A stretch of DNA of 63,477 bases, counting the filler, from Octopus bimaculoides (lineage: Eukaryota): assembly GCF_001194135.2 (NCBI RefSeq). It is 7 parts of 7 records of this genome, joined end to end, with 100 filler letters (N's around TTAATTAATTAA, not from the genome) between each part and the next. Parts side by side here need not be neighbours in the genome. Positions count along the whole stretch, not along the records: positions 58,766 to 63,477 come from NC_069001.1; 6 more parts are not named here. The stretch is one strand, 5' to 3'. The notes below the pieces were generated by a model. That model was given only the letters and a program-made list of their open reading frames with translations. It made no database searches and had not been told where the DNA came from. This document shows, one piece after another, positions 62,012 to 63,477 of the stretch; the stretch's first letter is position 1; the number at the start of each line of letters is the position of its first letter. The position numbers and the translations under genes were made by a program.

Positions 62012-62491
62012 TAGATAGATAGATAGATAGATATGAATATATATATATTATATATTTATATGCATATACATATATATACACACAGACACACACACGCATA
62101 ATGATGCACATACACACGTAGACTCATTTTACCTCATCATTTTAATGCCTCACAACCCACCACCACCACCACCATCACCACCACCACCCACTCCTCCCCC
62201 TTCACCCATACACTGCACCCCCCCCCCACATCACCAGTCTTTAACTCGATGCACACTCTTTGATCACTTCCTCTGAGCTCCCTTCTCGCCCTCCTTTCTT
62301 CCTTGTATCTCCTCCTCTCACCCTTTCTCCCAATATTTCCAACACATTAAGCTATTATTTCAATACACAAGACCCAGTTCTCAGCTGTAACACAACATTG
62401 ACTAAGGTTCACGTTAGTTTTGTTTGCAACGCTTACTTTTTGTTATTGTTGTCGTGTGGTGTATGTTCTTGTCGTTGTTGTTGTTACGACA

Positions 62492-62532
<41 letters not shown>

Positions 62533-62569
62533 CATTATTATTATTGTTACTACTACTGCTACTACTACT

Positions 62570-62786
62570 AAGGCGGCGAACAAGCAGAACCGTTAGCACG
62601 CCGGACAAACTGCTTAGCGACATTTCGTCCGTCTTTATGTTCTGAGTTCAAATTTCGCCGAGGTCGACTTTGCCTTTCGTCCTTTCGAGATCGATAAATA
62701 AAGTACCAGTCGAGTACTGGGGTCAATGTAATCGACTTAACCCCTTTCTCCAAATTTCAGGCTTTGTACCGATAGAAAGGATTATT
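62570..62786 (+). mobile_element. SINE family B, full length, between trinucleotide repeats
   Basis: AAGGCGGCGAA..GAGTTCAAATTTCGCCGAGGTCGACTTTGCCTTTCGTCCTTTCGAGATCGATAAATAAAGTACCAG..TAGAAAGGATTATT. Confidence 0.9.
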
Positions 62787-63410
62787 GTTGTTGTTGTTAT
62801 TGTTGTTGATGTTGTTGTTTTGAGTTAATGTTGTTGTTATTGCTGCTGTTGCATTATTATTATAGCATCGTTGTTGTCGTTGTTGTTGTTGTTGCTTCTG
62901 CTACTGCTGCTGCTGCTGCTTCTACTATTATGCCACCCAACACATGAACAACAGACACAATCGTTGTCCATTCTGTCTTATGACACACATAAACTGGACA
63001 AACATTGGCATAATCATAGCTCATAAGGTCATATGACCCTTATACGCGGGCGTCACGGAGAACTAACCAAATTTTCTGTTTGACCTCGTCACCACATCGT
63101 AGTCACACAGACTGTATTACAAATGATGGCAACTTAAGCCATCAGCCTCTATAAAAGGGAACAAGTATTTTCAGCCTCGATCAAAATCGTGACCGTTACA
63201 ATACAACTCCACTTCCTTTTATCTGACATCTCCTTTGGAAATCAGCAAATTGTGAAACTGATCATGTTAACGTAAATAAAACTTCATAAGAACTCCAAGT
63301 GCATTTTCAACTTTATTTCTTTATACATATTTTCGTATGCAAAAGTCGTTGCTTTTTCTTGCTTTTTCTCTTGCGTGCGCATATGTGTATGTCTGCTTGA
63401 GTGTATGCAT

Positions 63411-63477
<67 letters not shown>

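Noticed and set aside
3327-62117. Long ORFs in the track containing X runs or poly-I/N/D/H/M/YI/CV/HT
   Set aside because: They are translations of N gaps and microsatellites, with no coding evidence.
63022-63045. Short palindrome ATAAGGTCATATGACCCTTAT as a nuclear-receptor-like site
   Set aside because: It is a single short motif with no promoter context, which is expected by chance in 63 kb.

Overview
This is draft-assembly eukaryotic DNA: AT-rich, dense in microsatellites, with many N gaps. The repeat families and simple-repeat load look like a coleoid cephalopod, probably Octopus (recognition from memory, not a database search). There is no long intact gene, rRNA, true tRNA gene or CRISPR array, and almost all of the ORF track is microsatellite or N-gap noise. 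Most non-gap sequence is transposon debris. It includes three tRNA-headed SINE groups (called A, B and C/D here), R4/Dong-type LINE 3' ends stacked in (TAA)n, a CR1-like LINE 3' end, and mariner (DD34D) and maT (DD37D) remnants. It also includes several MITEs, Helitron helicase fragments, and a fold-back element with telomere-like repeats in its centre. Manual splice-site reading suggests two convergent multi-exon genes of unknown function (+ strand about 9.96-28.08 kb; - strand about 55.2-31.8 kb). The most unusual signal is a set of eight minimal hammerhead-ribozyme motifs of the Penelope-like type. One sits in a 765-bp head-to-head palindrome of a tRNA-headed element that is flanked by a 12-bp direct repeat. 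All coordinates and alignments were read by eye.
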